Assembly: GCA_028534125.1 (NCBI GenBank) | Contig: CM052832.1 | Coordinates: 21,826,001 to 21,890,000 of the forward strand | Reading direction: 5' to 3' | Source of the DNA: Lama glama | Taxonomy: Eukaryota | DNA length: 64,000 nucleotides | Shown here: positions 1-12,536 of the stretch, in pieces | How positions within the stretch are numbered: position 1 is the first letter of the stretch | How the letters are laid out: every line of letters starts with the position of its first letter | The notes under the pieces: model-generated | The model's database searches: none | The model's input: the letters and a program-made list of their open reading frames with translations, nothing else | Told to the model about the DNA's origin: nothing | Made by a program: the position numbers and the translations under genes

Positions 1-350
1 CAAAGAAAATAAAATCTGGGAGTAGCTGGAGGTAGAGAGAGCAATTTTGCTACAGGGGTCCAAGTAAACCTCTGAGCAGGTGTCATTAATCCTGGGACGT
101 GAACCCTAAGACAGAAGCATCAGTGTGAACCTCCAGGGGGAAGAGTACATACAGGGGCTGAGAGACAGAGTGATGGAGAATGAGGGGCCCAGTGGAGGAG
201 GATGAGGTCAGATGATTAGGGGAGGAAGACTATGTGAGACCTTACAACTCATATTATGCATTTAGATTTTATTCTACCTGCGAAAGGAAGTCATTGGAGG
301 GTTAGCAGAACACTTCATCAGCATCACTCAGGCTAATTCTACTGAGAATA
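1..350 (-). mobile_element. L2 LINE fragment (ancient)
   Basis: Degenerate L2 antisense motifs (cctctgagcaggtgtcatt, gatgaggtcaga, tttagattttattct...ggaagtcattggagggtt). Confidence 0.7.
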
Positions 351-1576
351 TGCCAAGGCTACTCTTTAACCACACCTCTCTATTACTTGGCGTGAGTCTT
401 CTTATACTTGCATGAAGCTGCATGTAGTTTTACTATCTCTTTATTTTATCCTAAGACACTTCAAAATTCAGGAGTAACAAAGATTAATACATTATAAATG
501 CACATAAACATTGATATATATATAGCAGAGCACTCTCATTAGCTCTCTTAATTTTGACTGTAAACAAGTAAACTAGGACAACCTGTCATTCTCATTCTAA
601 TTAAGAAATAACAAACCAAAACTTTAAAACCACCTAAAAACTCTATCAACCTCTAAAAGAAAAAAATATCTTTCTAGCTCTGCTAAGAATTGTATTATTA
701 AAAGTCTTTTCTATCAAATGTATGTTAAAATTTTTCATTTTTACCATAATGGGAGTTTGACTCAATAACCAGCATTTGACAGGTTGAAGTTCAGGACTGA
801 CTTCTCTAAAGAAATATTTTTCTAAAAATTTTTCTTCAAGCTGTTAAGGAAAGTCCCTAACTCTATTAATGGTATTTGAAGAGAGAGTTCAATTTCCAAA
901 TCTCTTAAATTTGGGGAAGTCCAGAGCAGTCACTTGCTAACTCCACTGGAAGAAAGATTCCTTGAATTCATAAGCCCGTGACAGGTCTGCTAATAAGTAA
1001 CACAAAAGAGCATTTGATGCTACACGTGGCTTAACTTTTTCAACAAAAGCTTTCTCATCTGCCAGTACAGTTTCATCTTCTTTCATCTCTTCATTGAGAA
1101 AAACTCTTCCTCAATAGCAGAAATAGCCCTTTCATCAAAAGTTATATGACAGCACATTCCGCACACCACTAAAAGCATACTTTCTACCTGAATGGTACCA
1201 GTGAGTGATGAACACACAGTAAGAGATAAAAAGTACTAATTGAAAGATGAAGCCAGACTAGATGGATGCCAGCAAAATGAAGATCGGTACCAGGAACTTT
1301 CTCCTATTAAATTCAGTTAAAATACCCATAAAACTTTCAGTATGAGGGAGAAAAATCTTTAAGCCACAATAACAAAACTCAGCATGGTAAATAAAGTTAA
1401 TTATATACAGAAACATTGGGACATTCAAAAATTATAACCATATTAAATAATAGGACATATTATTAAGTGAAAAATTATCTTTAAAGTGATACTAAAGTTG
1501 AAAACATAGTACTATAAGAACTAAAACAGAAATACACATTAGGGATATAAAACATCAATTAATAAACAATGTTATA

Positions 1577-1931
1577 TGTAGCAGGCAGAATAATGGCCTC
1601 GCAAAGATGGTCAAGTCCTGATCCCCCGAACCAGAGAATAATTTGCTGTGGAAGAAAGGTCAGAGGGAGATAGTATCTCTGGCCTTAAACACGGAAGAAG
1701 GTGGCCGGAGGTCAAGGAATGTGGGTGACCTCTAAAAGCTGGAAGGGCAGAGGAAAAGACTCTCCCCTAGAGCCTTCAGAAAAGAATACAGCCCTGTCAA
1801 TACGTTGATTTTAGTCCAGTAAAAACTCATGTCCAACTTCTTATCTCCAGAATTTTAAGATAATAAATACGTGTTGTTCTAAGCAACCATGTCTGTGGTA
1901 AATTTGTTATGGGGCATACAAAACTAGTACA
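1577..1931 (+). mobile_element. MaLR solo LTR (MLT1C/D-like), internally deleted
   Basis: TGtagcaggcagaataatggcc start, tctcccctagagccttcaga core, aataaa, and tgtggtaaatttgttat...aaactagtaCA end. Confidence 0.85.
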
Positions 1932-2059
1932 CTAATGAAGAAACATACACATGGCAGAGTTAGCAACATCAAAGAGGGAAAGGTAACTTTCAAAATAAAT
2001 GCTGCTGGAATAACTGCGAACAATATGGGGAAAATTATGTTAAATGCACACCTTATATT

Positions 2060-2200
2060 TAGCAAACATTCACTCAATACATTTATTGAGCCAGACACTG
2101 TTCTAAGTACAGAAAACAATGTAAAATATGTAAAACCATAAAATCATAGAAAACAAAATTCCTGGCTTTATAGAGCTTGTAAGTGTCCACCACAGTAAAC
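2060..2200 (-). mobile_element. L2 3' end fragment
   Basis: cattcactcaatacatttattgagccagacactgttctaag matches the antisense L2 tail. Confidence 0.65.
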
Positions 2201-2469
2201 TGCAAATAGATTAAAGAGTTGAATAAATCCTTTCCATACTTCAAAAAAAGAAGTTTATAACAGAGAGAGAAAAATAGACAGTTTATCAGACCTGTTCCTA
2301 GATCCTGGAAACATACATTTGAAGTTTTGAAACCACAAGAAAAATTACCCATTCATTAGCCTCCCCTCAAATTCCAAGCTTCTACTATATCAAAATTTTA
2401 AAAGGCAATGAAAATGATGCTAAAAAGACACATTTTCTTCACCATGTTAAAACAGGTTGATTTCCCACT

Positions 2470-2660
2470 GGAGTCCTTTATATATTCTGGATATACACCC
2501 TTTAGGAGACACGTGTTTTGCATATATTTTCTCCCAGTGCATGGCTTGTCTTTTCACCTGCTTAACAGTATCTTTCAGGGAGCGAAAATGCTTAATTTTG
2601 ATGAAGTCCAATTATCAACTTCTTTTCTCTCATGTCCTAGGTTTTACGTGTGTGTCCTAC
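2470..2660 (-). mobile_element. Old L1 ORF2 fragment
   Basis: gagtcctttatatattctggata...ttaattttgatgaagtccaattatca is typical antisense L1M ORF2. Confidence 0.75.
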
Positions 2661-2714
2661 CTAACCAACAGTTTCCTAACTCAACAAACTGAGTAAAAAA
2701 GAGGGGTAGGTGAT

Positions 2715-4290
2715 AAAAGAGTTGAACACTTTCCCAAAGATACATGGATGTCAAATAATCACACAAAATATGCTCAACGTCATTAGCCAATAGAAAAAAG
2801 CAAATTTAAACCACGATGAGATACTACTACATACCTAGTAACAGCTGCTAAAATTAAACTGGCAGTATCAAGTTTTGGTGAAGATGTGAAGCAACTGGAA
2901 CTGCTGGTAGAAAAGCAAAACACTGGCAATTTTCAAAAGGCTGAGCAGATGCCTACCATGTGACCAAGCAGTATCACGCCTGGATACTTACTCAGGAGAA
3001 CGCAAACATATGTCCACACAAAGACCTATGCACACATGTTTACAGGAGCTTTACTCTTAATAGCCTCAAACTGGAAACACCACAAATTTCCATTGACTTG
3101 CTGAACGGACAAACTGTGGTCCATCTATTTGGTCAAATAATTCCACGCAGTAAAAAGCAACAATCTATTAACAGTCTCAACAACATGTATGAATACTGAA
3201 TGAATCATGCTAAGTGAGAAAGTAACATATAGATATACATCATTCTATTGCACTTCACTTTACTGCACTTGGTAAATACTGTGTTCTTTTTTTCCTACAA
3301 ATTGAAGATTTATGGCAACCCTGTGTCAAGCAAGTCTGTTGGCACCATTTTTCCTACAGCATTTGCTCACTTCCTTCTCTGCGTCACATTTTGGTAATCC
3401 TCACCATATATGTAACTTTTTCATCATTTTATTTGTTATGGTGATCTGTGCTCAGTGATCTTTAATGTCACTACTCTAATTCTAGGTTAACACAAACTGC
3501 ACCCACCTAAGACAACAAGCTTAACAGATCACTGACGTGACAAAGAAGGATTTAGAATATTACATAAACTTAGCTGATAAAGCAGCAGCAGGGTCTCACA
3601 ACTGACTCCATTCTGAAAGTTCTACTGTGGGTAAAATGCTCTCAAATAGCATTACATGCTACAGAGAAATCGTTGGTGATAGCAAGAGTCAATCGATGAA
3701 GCAAACTTCACTGTTGTCTTAAGAAACTGACACCACCCCCCCAACCTTCAGCAGCCATCACCCTGATCAGTCTGCAGCCATCAACACTGAGATTCTCCAG
3801 TGACCCTCCACCCCTAAAAACATTATGACTGGCTGAAGGCTCAGATGAAGGCTAGCACTTTGTAGCAATAAAAGCATTATTTAAAATTAAGGTATGTACA
3901 TTGTTCTCTTAAACATAAAGCTGTTGCACACACAACAGACTATAGTATGGCATAAAGATAACTTTACATGCACTAGCAAAGCAAAAAAAAAAAAATCGTG
4001 TGACTCACTTAATTATTTGCTCTATTCCAATGGTCTAAAACCAAACTGACAATATCTCTAAGGTATATCTACAATTCCATTTATTTGACATTTTGAAAAA
4101 GGCAAAGCCATGGGGACAGAAATCAGAACAATGGCTTCCAAGGACTGTGTGTGTTTGTTTGGTGGGGGTGGGAGTGGTGAATACAAAAGGATACAAGGGA
4201 ACTCTCCGGTACAATGGAAATGTTCTATATAAAATCAACCAAAGGTGATTTTATTATATGTTAATTATATCTCAATAATTCTTATTTAAA
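2715..4290 (+). mobile_element. Old L1M (L1MC/ME-like) ORF2 end and 3' UTR, split by Tigger1
   Basis: atgctcaacgtcattagcc...aaaccacgatgagatactac, tgtccacacaaagacct, and resumes after 4071 with attccatttatttgacattttgaaaaaggcaaa. Confidence 0.8.
3230..4071 (+). mobile_element. Tigger1 (TcMar-Tigger) DNA transposon, internally deleted
   Basis: Terminal inverted repeats tagatatacat / aggtatatcta, left TA at 3228-3229, Tigger1 5' motif acaaattgaagatttatggcaaccctg and transposase 3' remnant ggatttagaatattacataaacttag, with a deletion junction near 3535. Confidence 0.9.
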
Positions 4291-4559
4291 ATAAGAAAAG
4301 AGTTAGTATCAATAACATATAAGAAAATAACAAATAACAAATAAAGGACAGATAGAGGCAACCAAGATTTCTAACACTTCTAACACCTACCTTTTCACAT
4401 GATCTTAACACGCACCAGTCTTTCACTCTGTCCTGTTGATTCTGACTTAAACATTCCATTGAATGCAAACTCCTTCTTTCCATCCTATTTATCACTCATC
4501 TGCACTACTCCAAAATACACCTCTTAGAACTGTCTCCTCCAAGTTACACTCAAAGGATA

Positions 4560-4870
4560 CATTTCTTGTTATTTCTTCTTCCTTTAAGGTACCCTTAAGC
4601 ACGCATGCTTTTCCTTAGATAGGTTTTGCTTAAAAGCCCTTTCTCCTTTCTTTCATCCATCAGACCACTACTGAGCCTCTGAAACCCAAGTCAATTACAG
4701 TGTCAACCTCTGTGTGCCCACAGGACTTTATCCCTCTGCATATTTATCGTGATTGTTTGTGCCTCTCTCCAGATTTCATTGTCTTTAGGGAAGAGACAAG
4801 TTTCATTCATCTCTGTATCTCTAGCAAATAGTTTCATTCCAGGCACACAGCTGTGCTCAATGTTAATTCT
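4560..4870 (+). mobile_element. L2 3' fragment
   Basis: ttcattcatctctgtatctctagca...ggcacacag...gctcaatg tail pattern. Confidence 0.55.
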
Positions 4871-4904
4871 ACTAGTAAGAAAATTAAAAATTCCTTTTTT
4901 TTTC

Positions 4905-5145
4905 TAAAGCTAATACAGAGCATTAACTACATGCCGGGGACCATGCTAAGCATACTATATGCATTAAACACTTTAACCCTTACAAAACTCAGAGTTAAGT
5001 CCTAGTATTACTTCCATTCTACAGATATTCAAGGCACAGAGAGGGGCAGTAACTTGCACAAGGTCACACAGCTAATAAGTGGTGGAACAGGCATATGAAC
5101 CTATATAACATAGCTCCTGAATCCATGCTCTTCACTACAATGATG
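4905..5145 (-). mobile_element. MIR SINE
   Basis: Core ccattctacagat...aggcacagagaggggcagtaacttgcacaaggtcacacagctaataagtgg. Confidence 0.9.
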
Positions 5146-6229
5146 CACTACTTTTTTATAAATCAGTAGGTTAAAAATGTGTATGCATATAGGTAGAACT
5201 AGAAGAAGCCATGAAAAATGGAAACAACATCTGGGAAGATCTAGGAAGGTACAGAAATGAATGGGCTTTGAAATCTACAAGTCATTCTCTTGTGATACTG
5301 CCATTTTGATAATTAAAGGTTAAAAAAATGGAATATGACAAGAAGAAATATTAGTAGAGACAAACAGGAGGACAGTTTCTCCAAGTTTTGCCCTTAACAC
5401 CGATCCCACTGTTATTATGACATTGTTCCATTTCATGAATTTATCTACCTTTTGCAATACAGTAGATGATAGAAATATTCTAAAATGTATCCTCTTTCAA
5501 ATGTTGCTTTATTCATACACATAATTTTCAAAATTAGCATTCATATTTGAAACAGTCATCATGCTGTCTGACTTTTCAGGATTAGAGCAACCTGCCTGAA
5601 AAGATGTTTAAACCACTGCAAATCAACCTGGTAATAGTCCCAGAGATAAGTGGACACCTGGGTTAAACCACATTCTGTTCAGCTTGCCAAAGAAAATATG
5701 CACCTGCCTGCAGGGCTCACAGCTGGCACATCAGGAAGTTCTGTCATTTACAAATTTTCAATATCACATTGCATATTCTGCTGTGAATTTTATGTTTTAA
5801 AGTGTTACAACTTGTTTATTAATTCACAGTTTATTTAGGATTTCTAGACATGTTATACAAAGATAAGCCTAATGACTGAACACCAAGTTCAAATGCAGTC
5901 TGTTTATTAACAGAGAATCTACACAAAATACGCAGTTCTGGAAACATGCTTTCCTGTAACAGAAATGAAAACCAACCTTTCGAATAAATGTCATGCCTGT
6001 TAATATTGCCTACTATAAGAATTGAGAAATAACAATATCTTAAGAAGAACTCAAGCAAATAGTTGTTATTTCAATCATCTATTCCTAACACGACCCCCAG
6101 CTGATGGACACAAAGTGCAATTCCATCCGAGCCTTACAGAGAAACTTCCAACTAACCTTATCTCCCGGTCATCCAGGGACACAGCCCACCCCATTTTCCA
6201 GGAGACTGTAGATGTTCTAGGCTCAAACC

Positions 6230-6365
6230 AGATTCCTCTCCCCATGAACTGGAACATGAGCTCATGAGGACAGGGATCTTTGGTGATTCTATGGACTGCT
6301 GCATTCCCAGCACCTGGACTAGGAGCTAGCACTCAGCAGGCACTCAGAAAGTACCTTTCTGAATA
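6230..6365 (+). mobile_element. L2 3' end
   Basis: gagctcatgaggacaggga...cccagcacctgga...gcactcagcaggcactcagaaa. Confidence 0.75.
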
Positions 6366-6425
6366 GAAAAAAAATGACGATGAATAGAAAAAAAGAAATG
6401 ATGTGAATAGAAAAGAGAATGATGT
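6360..6425. repeat. Imperfect tandem repeat, about 22 bp x3
   Basis: tgaatagaaaa(a/g)..aatga(c/t)g unit repeated three times at the L2 tail. Confidence 0.75.
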
Positions 6426-7707
6426 GGCAGCCCTGGGATTAAAGCCTGGCTTTCTGAGTGCTTAAGTCTATTATTCTTTTTTGCTACCAGACTATAAAAG
6501 AGAACATCCTTTCTGGTTGACTAACCTAAAACTTTCCTGTCAAAAAATGAACTGAAGAGAAGGAAAGCAGCATTCAACAGATCATCACAAGATCCTGGAA
6601 CTACTGGAACTACCTACAGCTAGATACAGAGTAATCAATGTAAACAAATAGTAGTGATTTAAAAAAAAAAGTGACACTGCTTGAAAATGAATTCCAAGGT
6701 GAATAGTTAACCATTTTTGTATTTGTCAAAAGAGAAATGAAAATTTGCACTGTAAGGTAAAATGTTTCAAGATCACAGAAAAATGAAAAAGATCTTGATT
6801 CTGCACTGGTTATCTACAAATTTATGTTTACATAACTTTATATTCTAGATACACATCATAAACTTCATTTAATCGTGCTAGGAAAAAATTTTTTTTGGTT
6901 AAAAAAAGAACTTTTTATCCAAGACATCTATGTTTTCAAGTCTGCTCTTTCTCCTCTCTCCCTATGAAAAAATGAGACAGCTTTGCTGTTCAGCATGGAA
7001 GAAGCCAGAGATTACTGCCACCAAAGCCAGTTTTTCTGGACCCAGAAGCTAACAGGTTTTACTTCTGGTTTTGATGTCCTACTATTTTCCTTCTGTGCAC
7101 CACCACATTAATAATATTAATCACAACTAGATTCAGGAGACATTAAGACAGATGATAATATAAAGCCTAGGAGTCAAATCACCAATTACAATGTGCCCTT
7201 ACCACACTGCTATCTCCGATTATGGAAACAAATTAAATGCTTCATTTCTAAAGTCTGATATGGTTGGAAATGAACATGTGGCAATGGTAGTATTTTTCCT
7301 TATGAAGTATATTCTTGGGTGCTTACTCCATGAGCACTTGCAAAATGGTGTGCAGTTAGTACCCTGCTCACCATCTTCTTCTTTAAACCATTTGGTCAAC
7401 AGAACTGACACATCCTCCCTGGACTGCGGGGTGACACAGACAAATCCCAGCAGGAGGCGAAAGCACAGCACACAGTTGTAGCTGGTCTTCCCTCCAGCTC
7501 TGTTAATGCCCTCCATCACAAACATCTGTGAGGGGAAGATTCTGTGAAGGAGCAGCAGTTCCCAAACAGTCTGGAAATTAACTGTGCAACACAATTCTAA
7601 ACAGCCTCATAAAAATAGTTTCCCAATCCCTGAGTTTAAGCATCTTCATATTTTTTGACACCTCAAAATTGTTTTTTCTTTGTGTAAACCAATATAATTC
7701 ATTTCTT

Positions 7708-7757
7708 TATTTCATTGTAACTCTATTTCACTGTACCACTTTATTTCACTGTAACTC
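7708..7757. repeat. Imperfect tandem repeat, about 17 bp x3
   Basis: tatttcattgtaactc / tatttcactgtaccactt / tatttcactgtaactc. Confidence 0.75.
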
Positions 7758-9364
7758 ACTGAATTTCAGAAGGTTTCTGATTTCGTAGCAATTCAATAAT
7801 TCTACTCGGAAATAGATCTCTCCAAATGCAGATGATTTTGGTTTCATACTTCAAATTTTTTTTCAAAATTTTCAGTTCTCCTCAACATGTTTTTTATATA
7901 TAAAGTCATTTATAATAGACGTCATATAGCTGCCACAGATAAAAATGCTCTATAAAATGAGGTTGACAGAGAATAATCTTCTAGTTTAATAACAATACTA
8001 AATGCTGAAGATATAATTAAATCATAACTCTAAAATGTTGCTATTTACAGTGCAATTCTACTTCTGGAAACTTTTCACTGTATACTGATCTAAAATTTAA
8101 ATAAAAAGCCCTTGCCGAGCATTATTATATTATGGATATTTCCTAAAAATTAGGAAACTATTTATATCCAACATTTAAGAAACGTTTAGTAATATATGGT
8201 ATATCCTTCAATAGATTAACACAGGATTTAAAATGGTTAAAGAGCTCATGGAATAAAATCTCATGGAAAAATAAGGACACAAAATTGTTTTGAGATTACA
8301 ATCAAGCAAAATATGCAGAGGTTAGAAGTCTGGAAAGGATAAGCAAAGTTATAATTATTGAGTGAGGGTGAGAGAACTGAATTTTCTATTTTTTCAAACA
8401 CATTATTCCTCCAGTTATAAAGAAGCTAAATAAATCTAACAAATTTTAATAGTAATAAAATGAGACAAAGTGATAGAATAAAAAGGGTGCTAGATTAAAT
8501 AGGAAAAAATATGTTTATCTGCAGTAGCCAGGAGTTGACATCATCTCTGAAAATCGTCTTCCACATCACCAGCACTTGAGCATCCTCTCTTACGCTATCT
8601 TGAGGACTTCCCCAACATCTTCACATGTACTCAGCTCTTCACAGCACACAGTGGAGCTCAGGGAAACTTCACCATAATGCACACAGAGAAGAGGCTTTTG
8701 TCATACTACAGAAATCCTACTATTCTTGTAACTTAATTCCTTGAGATGAACTCAAAGATGAATTCCAAGCTTTTACCACACTCCATCTCTAAAACAGAAT
8801 TCTAACTAGTTTCCTATTTCCCTAACACAGCAGGCTTATGTTTATGGAGAAAGTTGGTCTGACATGAAAAGATAACTTAGGAGTCCATATTCATTTCACT
8901 CCTTAAACCAAGAGAAATCAAAATGTAAACAGACAAGTGGTGAAAACAAACTAAAGTTCCCAAACATTCAGGTTCTGTTTGTTTAACATGAGAGTGTTTG
9001 TTCAAAGATTATTAAATTTGCCAGTGGGGCAAGGACTTCACAGCTGAAAACAAGTTCATTACACTGAGAACACAGTGTAAGGACCCATCAACCATACATC
9101 CAATGAGGGAAACTCAATAAATCTCAGTCCGGGTGCCAATTATTCATCTAGTTATTTTCTAAGAACATACAATATTTTTATATTTTTTTGAATTGATAAA
9201 GCCTCTTTAAAAGAAGATGGTTACTGAGCACAATGAGATCAGCTTTAGTAGAATGGTGGGAAGGAAGGAGCACCACCCTTTGGTCAACAAATATGGTCTG
9301 AATGCTAACTCCTTCTGGGCATCTGTGAACAGTGATGGCCACAGAGGATAAGAGAGCTAGAAGG

Positions 9365-10131
9365 GGTGGGAATTCAGTTTGGTGCAGCCACTATGGAATA
9401 CAGTGTGGAGATTCCTCAAAAGACTAGGAATAGACTTACCATATGACCCAGGAATCCCACTCCTGGGCTTGTATCCAATAGGAACCCTACTTCAGGATGA
9501 CACCTGCACCCCAATGTTCATAGCAGCACTATTTACAATAGCCAAAACATGGAAACAGCCTAAATGTCCATCAACAGGTGACTGGATAAAGAAGATGTGG
9601 CATATTTATACAACGGAATACAACTCAGCCATAAAAACCGACAACATAACGCCATTTGCAGCAACATGGATGCTCCTGGAGAATGTCATTCTAAGCGAAG
9701 TAAGCCAGAAAGAGAAAGAAAAATACCATATGAGATCGCTCATATGTGGAATCTANNNNNNNNNNNNNNNNNNNNNNNNNNNNNNNNNNNNNNNNNNNNN
9801 NNNNNNNNNNNNNNNNNNNNNNNNNNNNNNNNNNNNNNNNNNNNNNNNNNNNNNNAGACTCATAGACAGAGAATACAGACTTGTGGTTGCCAGGGGGGTG
9901 GAGGGTGGGAAGGGATAGACTGGGATTTCAAAATTGTAGAACAGATAAACAAGATTGTACTGTATAGCACAGGGAAATATACACAAAACGTTATGGTAGC
10001 TCACAGAGAAAAAAATGTGACAATGAGTGTGTATATGTCCATGTATGACTGAAAAATTGTGCTGAACACTGAAATTTGACACAACATTGTAAAACGATTA
10101 TAAATCAATAAAAAATGTTTAAAAAAAAAAA
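9365..10131 (+). mobile_element. Young 5'-truncated camelid-type L1 (ORF2 C-terminus, 3' UTR, poly(A))
   Basis: Open frame [15 protein letters not shown]...WKQPKCPS...KYHMRSLICGI, 3' UTR, AATAAA and poly(A). TSD aagagagctag(a/c)agg at 9350-9364 and 10132-10146. Confidence 0.97.
9756..9855. other. Assembly gap, 100 N
   Basis: Exactly 100 N inside the L1, starting at the ORF2 stop codon. Confidence 0.99.
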
Positions 10132-10895
10132 AAGAGAGCTAGCAGGTAGCAGTGTCCTGACTTCCCAGAGCTCACTGTCCAACAGGGGAATAAGCAGGCC
10201 GACCACAAGTGTACAACAAGAGGACTCCTCCATTCAGTCGGTCACCAAACACTGACGCTGCCGACTGTCAGGCGTCGTGAGAAAGGCTGGGAAGCAGGGT
10301 GGGGGTTTAAGACTGATAACGCTATCATTGGGAACCTAGTAATTCAAATAGAGAGGTCGGCTTTATTCAAAAAATCATATAAGTTATAACCCCCCAAAAT
10401 TGCAGCTCTGCAAAATGCAGACAGAGCAAATGACAGGTAACAGCACAGAAAGAACAGGGAAGCCAGAGCCGGGATCAGGGAGGCCGCACAGGTGTCAGAG
10501 CACTTACAGAACGGGTCACGCTGAAGCCAAGACCTGGGAGACGAGCATGGCGAAGTGGGACGTTCCCAAAGAGGCACTTGTATACTATGACATAGCAAGA
10601 GATGGTGCTGGACAGGCAGATGCAGACCAGGTTATAAGGAACGAACTTAAATTCCATACCATGGCTTTTTATTGCGCCATTCTTTTTTAAATGAGAGAAC
10701 CTAGAACACGTTTCTGTGATAACTTTAAAAGTTACACAAACAAGACCAAGTTTCAGTGGCAACAGGGAAAGTGTGTGAAAGACAGCTTTAAGTGCAACAC
10801 AGCTTTAAATAACCTAGAAATCAAAAATAAAATGTGGGGCCACTACATGCTTTGACAACATAAGTTTTTTTTTTCCTCATCAGGTACAAGCTTAC

Positions 10896-10992
10896 CCCTA
10901 TGATACTCAGTCCTTTAAGGTAGTCCTGGCGAGGCTGGGCTTGAGGAACACATCCAGCCAGCACTATTTTCTTGTTCTCCTCTTGAGCTTTT
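10896..10992 (-). CDS. CDKAL1: Internal coding exon (human exon 6 equivalent, about residues 124-156) of threonylcarbamoyladenosine tRNA methylthiotransferase
   Basis: Minus-strand translation A|AAA GCT CAA... gives [32 protein letters not shown], matching CDKAL1 as I recall it, including the AGC motif of the N-terminal UPF0004 domain. Acceptor ttttctcttcaatcttgtag (AG = 10994-10993), donor GGG|gtaagc (10895-10890). Length 97 nt, phase 2 in, phase 0 out. Confidence 0.97.
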
Positions 10993-11023
10993 CTACAAGA
11001 TTGAAGAGAAAACCATGTTAATT
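10993..11023 (-). promoter_or_regulatory. 3' splice site: putative branch point, polypyrimidine tract and AG
   Basis: Minus strand aattaAcatggttttctcttcaatcttgtag; candidate branch A at 11018 (-26). Confidence 0.65.
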
Positions 11024-11694
11024 CTTTTCCTTCCAAGTGTACCCTTGGAAACTGATGTAAGTGCATATAAGTTCCCTAAAAAATAACAAGTCCATCTAGT
11101 ATGAAGCAGGATTTGCTTACAACGGCTTAAAGAAAATATATTAAGACTTCTGAACTATGTGTCTATTTGTGGTAACATTAAAGAACACAACAGCAGTCCA
11201 ATCTGATAATGTCTTTCATTATCGTCCCATTATAAAACACATTTTACTTACATAGCATTCTCAAGGATATAAATCATTCCTGAAAACCACTTTTTCCAGA
11301 TAGATGTTAGCCATACAAATAAGTTATTTATTTTAAATATTGATGAAAAGATACCTAAAACATACTACATGACTTCCTAGTCTTTTGTCTAGTATAGAAG
11401 TAAAATACACATTTTAAAAACAGAACAGGAAAGAAAGAAACAGAAGGTATAACACTCCCTCCCTCCCGAGGATTCTCACATCTCCTCAGTTCTAATCCCC
11501 AGAGGCTGCCTACAAGTCACAGACTTACATGCATGCTTCCGTCCAGACCATCCCTCATATATGCGGGTATGATGTGTAAGGAAACCTGTGTTCACTACTT
11601 ACACACAAATAGGAAACATTCTAATTTACAACTTCCGTCCAATACAACTTGTGTATCTTTCCTTTTGAGTCTTTACCTAAACATCAACTGCATC

Positions 11695-12345
11695 CTTTTT
11701 TTCTTCATTTTTTAATTGAAGTATAGTTGATGGACAATATAAGTTACGAGTGTATAATACAGTAATTCACAATTTTTAAAGGTTATACTTCATTCATAGT
11801 TATTATAAAATATTGGCTATATTCCCCATGTTGTACAATATATCCTCATAGCCTATTTATTTTATGCATAATAGTTTATGCATTAAAAAAAAGGCCTCTT
11901 AATGCCTTATCCCTATTTTACCTTTCCCCGCTTCCCTTTCCCCACTGTAACCATTAGTTGGTCCTATATCTGTGGTTTTCCTTTCTTGTTATACTCATTA
12001 ATTTATTTTTTATATTCCACATGTAAGTGATATCATACAGTATTCATCTTTCTCAGTCTGACTTATTTCACTTAGCATAATGCCCTCCAAGTCCATCCAT
12101 GTTGTTGCAAATGGCGAGACTTCATTCTTTTTTACAGTTGAGTAGCATTCCATTATGTGCGTGCGTGTGTGCGTACATGTTTACACATGTATATAGACAC
12201 ACAAATCCCATCATCTGTTGATGGACACTTAGGTTGCTTCCATATCTTGGTAATTATAAATAATGCTGCTGTGAACACTTTGGGTGCATGTACCTTTGTG
12301 AATCAGTATTTTCATTTTTTTCAGATATATACCCAGGAATGGAAT
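11695..12345 (-). mobile_element. 5'-truncated L1 3' end (L1MA9/artiodactyl-type), within an older L1ME-like remnant (about 11400-12720)
   Basis: T-rich tail, then aattgaagtatagttga...attccacatgtaagtgatatcatacagtatt...ttgatggacacttaggttgcttccatatcttgg. Confidence 0.9.
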
Positions 12346-12496
12346 CTCAGCCTTTCTAAACATAACAGTGAGTATACTACTCATTTAATTACTCTTGTTC
12401 TGATAGACACTTAGGTTATTTCCCATTTTTCACTATTACAAGTTATTTTACAATAAACATGCATATAGTTACATGTATATACGTACATGTACATAT

Positions 12497-12501
12497 GTGT
12501 A

Positions 12502-12536
<35 letters not shown>

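Larger units (their letters stand above)
1..10895 (-). other. CDKAL1: Intron downstream of the exon (human intron 6 equivalent), partial
   Basis: Begins at the GTAAG donor. I did not see the next exon (VQQIDRVVEVVEETIK) in 1-10895. Confidence 0.85.

Noticed and set aside
9379..10082. 179, 151 and 109-aa ORFs
   Set aside because: L1 ORF2 remnant and alternative frames, artificially extended through the N gap.
10821..11066. 81-aa ORF as a standalone gene
   Set aside because: Only 10896-10992 is CDKAL1 exon; the flanking residues are intron read-through past clear splice sites.
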